DNA from: Entomortierella parvispora E1425
Taxonomy: Eukaryota; Fungi; Mortierellomycota
Assembly: GCA_020891255.1 (NCBI GenBank)
Contig: BQFW01000001.1
Coordinates: 2,418,001 to 2,482,000, forward strand
Length of the DNA: 64,000 nucleotides
Direction of reading: 5' to 3'
Position 1 is the first letter of the stretch; each line of letters starts with the position of its first letter. Shown in pieces: positions 62,073-64,000 of the stretch. Both the position numbers and the translations under genes were made by a program. Below the pieces are notes generated by a model. It made no database searches, was not told the origin of the DNA, and worked only from the letters and a program-made list of their open reading frames with translations.

Positions 62073-63374
62073 AATGGAATTGCCTAGCCTTGCGGCCTGG
62101 CTCGACCAAGGAGAGTCAAATGGAGCTGAGCTGGAAAATGATCATCAATGGTCCTTGTGCTGAAGCCGATCAACCATCAAGTAGCAAGCTAAATACGGGA
62201 CAGAGAGACAGCACGGGTCGAATACACTGAGGGTGGTTCCAAAGAAGTCGCCTCAGGCCTCCTCAACTCCTTGTTATTAACACCAAAACGGCAAGGCCCC
62301 CAAACGACATACCTATTCACATGACAGCCACAAGGAGGTGTTACCAAGAGCAACGCAAGCGATACTCAGGGCAGTGTGCTCGACACGGTGCCGTTTACCC
62401 AAAGGCAAAGGTGTTGACGAGCACACGGGGTCGATAGCCATTTGCATGACCATAATGGGATACAAAACCTTGTCCACCAGCTGGGTTCTGTATTCAGAAG
62501 GCGGCAGTTGGGTTTCAAGCCGTAAATCACGTTTCCTCTCTTGTTGCCAGGGCCAGAAATACGAAAAACCTCTTCAAGCTCCCACCAGACCTGCATCCGA
62601 TGGAGAGATGAAAGAAAGAATGGGATGGAAGAGCAAGAGAAAGACACATCCACACACACACTTAACTTGTACACTGGAAACGACGAGGAAGCGGCGCAGC
62701 CCAACAGAGGCAGGCGAGATGCGGGAGGGACTGCAGAGTACTCAAGAAGCAGAAGAAGAGAAGAGACTTGTGAGAACACACGAAAGAAGACCAGTCAACA
62801 TACTCACAAGGCAACGAACACGAAAGCAAGAACAGCTACAACTTACCATATAAACCCGCAGGCAATGTGCGCCATGCATGTCAAAGGCTGATGGACTGAG
62901 GCCAGGACCGAGGCAATCACTATTTTTGAGGAAAGGTACATACGATAAATGGGTCAATGTCAACATTGAGCTGGCAGGCGCAGTCGAAATGACGCGTGAG
63001 AGACAATGTTGAAATGAAAGGTGGTCATTGAAGCATGAGAGAGACAGGCTGAAAGGAATGGCGGCTGTGAAGCAAGGGCATACAAGAACGAAACGACAGA
63101 GAGGAGCAAAGGTGGGAGTGTATGTTGTTCAAGGAGAGGCACTTACCAGTCAGGTCTACCATGAAGGAGAGAAAAGGCGAAAGAGTGACGAAAAAAGCCA
63201 AGCCCGAGCGATGTATATAAATGAATCACATATGGACCCCTTAAGAATCGACGATCATACCCTCAGTCGAATCCGCCGCTCAACGAGTTTAGCTGGCTGG
63301 ATGCACTCCTCAACGGCGATCAAGGGAGTGCACGCACCCATTCAACAGCTATCAAAGAACAAGGGAATGACCAG

Positions 63375-63771
63375 ACGGAACCTGTTCAAGCGACTCAGCA
63401 CTCGCGTTTTTTTTCATTCTCTTGGAGATCCAGCCAAGTAAACCAAAGCTCCCCCGAGAACTAGAACCATGGAGCTCAGAAAGAGACTGTTGGAGTTGGA
63501 CATAAAAAGATTGAAGAACAAAAAAAAAGGTGTTGCTCATTTTTTTTGGCGGTTGTGCTGTCCAGGGGCAGAAACACAAGAACACTGTCTGACCATGTCT
63601 CTTCAGGACGGCTTGGATGAGCTGAAGAATCTCAAGTGTCTACGGAGGTTGACCCTCGAGAAGATGAGTCTCAGCATGGGTGAGGCAGAGCAGACATGCA
63701 TGAAAGAGAACTGGCCAGATTATGGAAAGAAATCCAGGGATACCTTTTGGACATCGAGGGACCACTCTTAA
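63375..63771 (+). pseudogene. F-box/LRR family relic (copy 4): well-preserved 3' block plus faint mid-gene remnants
   Basis: About 63580-63771 encodes CLTMSLQDGLDELKNLKCLRRLTLEKMSLSMGEAEQ...WPDYGKKSRDTFWTSR, closely matching copy 1. No F-box or start codon upstream. Confidence 0.85.
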
Positions 63772-64000
63772 CATTGGTTCTGACGTGCCCTTTGAAAGCT
63801 TCGAGGCTCGCCAGCGGGCAATCCAGGAATATTGCCATTATGATTGGTGGTAAAATCAGTTTTTTTTTTGCTTCTTCGAGCAGCGTCGATCAATAAATGA
63901 ATCCAAAGATCCATCAAATTTTTTGTTGGATCCAAAAAAAAAAGGCCAGATCTACAGCATTGTTCTTTCTGAAATGAAAAATGAGAGAAGACAGCTTTTG

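Noticed and set aside
61100-62860. Several ORFs on both strands, including a possible spliced + strand product across 61451-61577
   Set aside because: No family resemblance and frequent stops. It may be decayed coding DNA, but no call can be supported.

Overview
Eukaryotic, intron-containing fungal DNA, most likely Mortierellaceae/Mucoromycota (inferred from short GT-AG introns, expanded intronless F-box/LRR genes and family-typical motifs). No rRNA, tRNA or CRISPR array was recognised. Conserved genes: TspO-like membrane protein, TopBP1/Dpb11, guanine deaminase, BCH-RhoGAP, probable CENP-Q, histidine acid phosphatase, alanine-glyoxylate aminotransferase, Cu-only SOD, PX/DUF3818 protein, Brr2. 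Three accessory zones interrupt them. (1) A Crypton-type tyrosine-recombinase element at 1.9-5.8 kb. (2) A block at about 31-46.5 kb with an intact 8-exon PD-(D/E)xK nuclease-like gene, a 173-bp tandem array just upstream of it, an AKR7 reductase, a DHA2 efflux pump, two small signal-peptide ORFs and an intronless bacterial-type (AsnO/PhzH/OxyD-like) glutamine amidotransferase. (3) A tandem F-box/LRR array at 54.8-63.8 kb with intact, frameshifted and fragmentary copies. Exon boundaries were derived by eye, and family assignments rest on motif recognition, not database searches.
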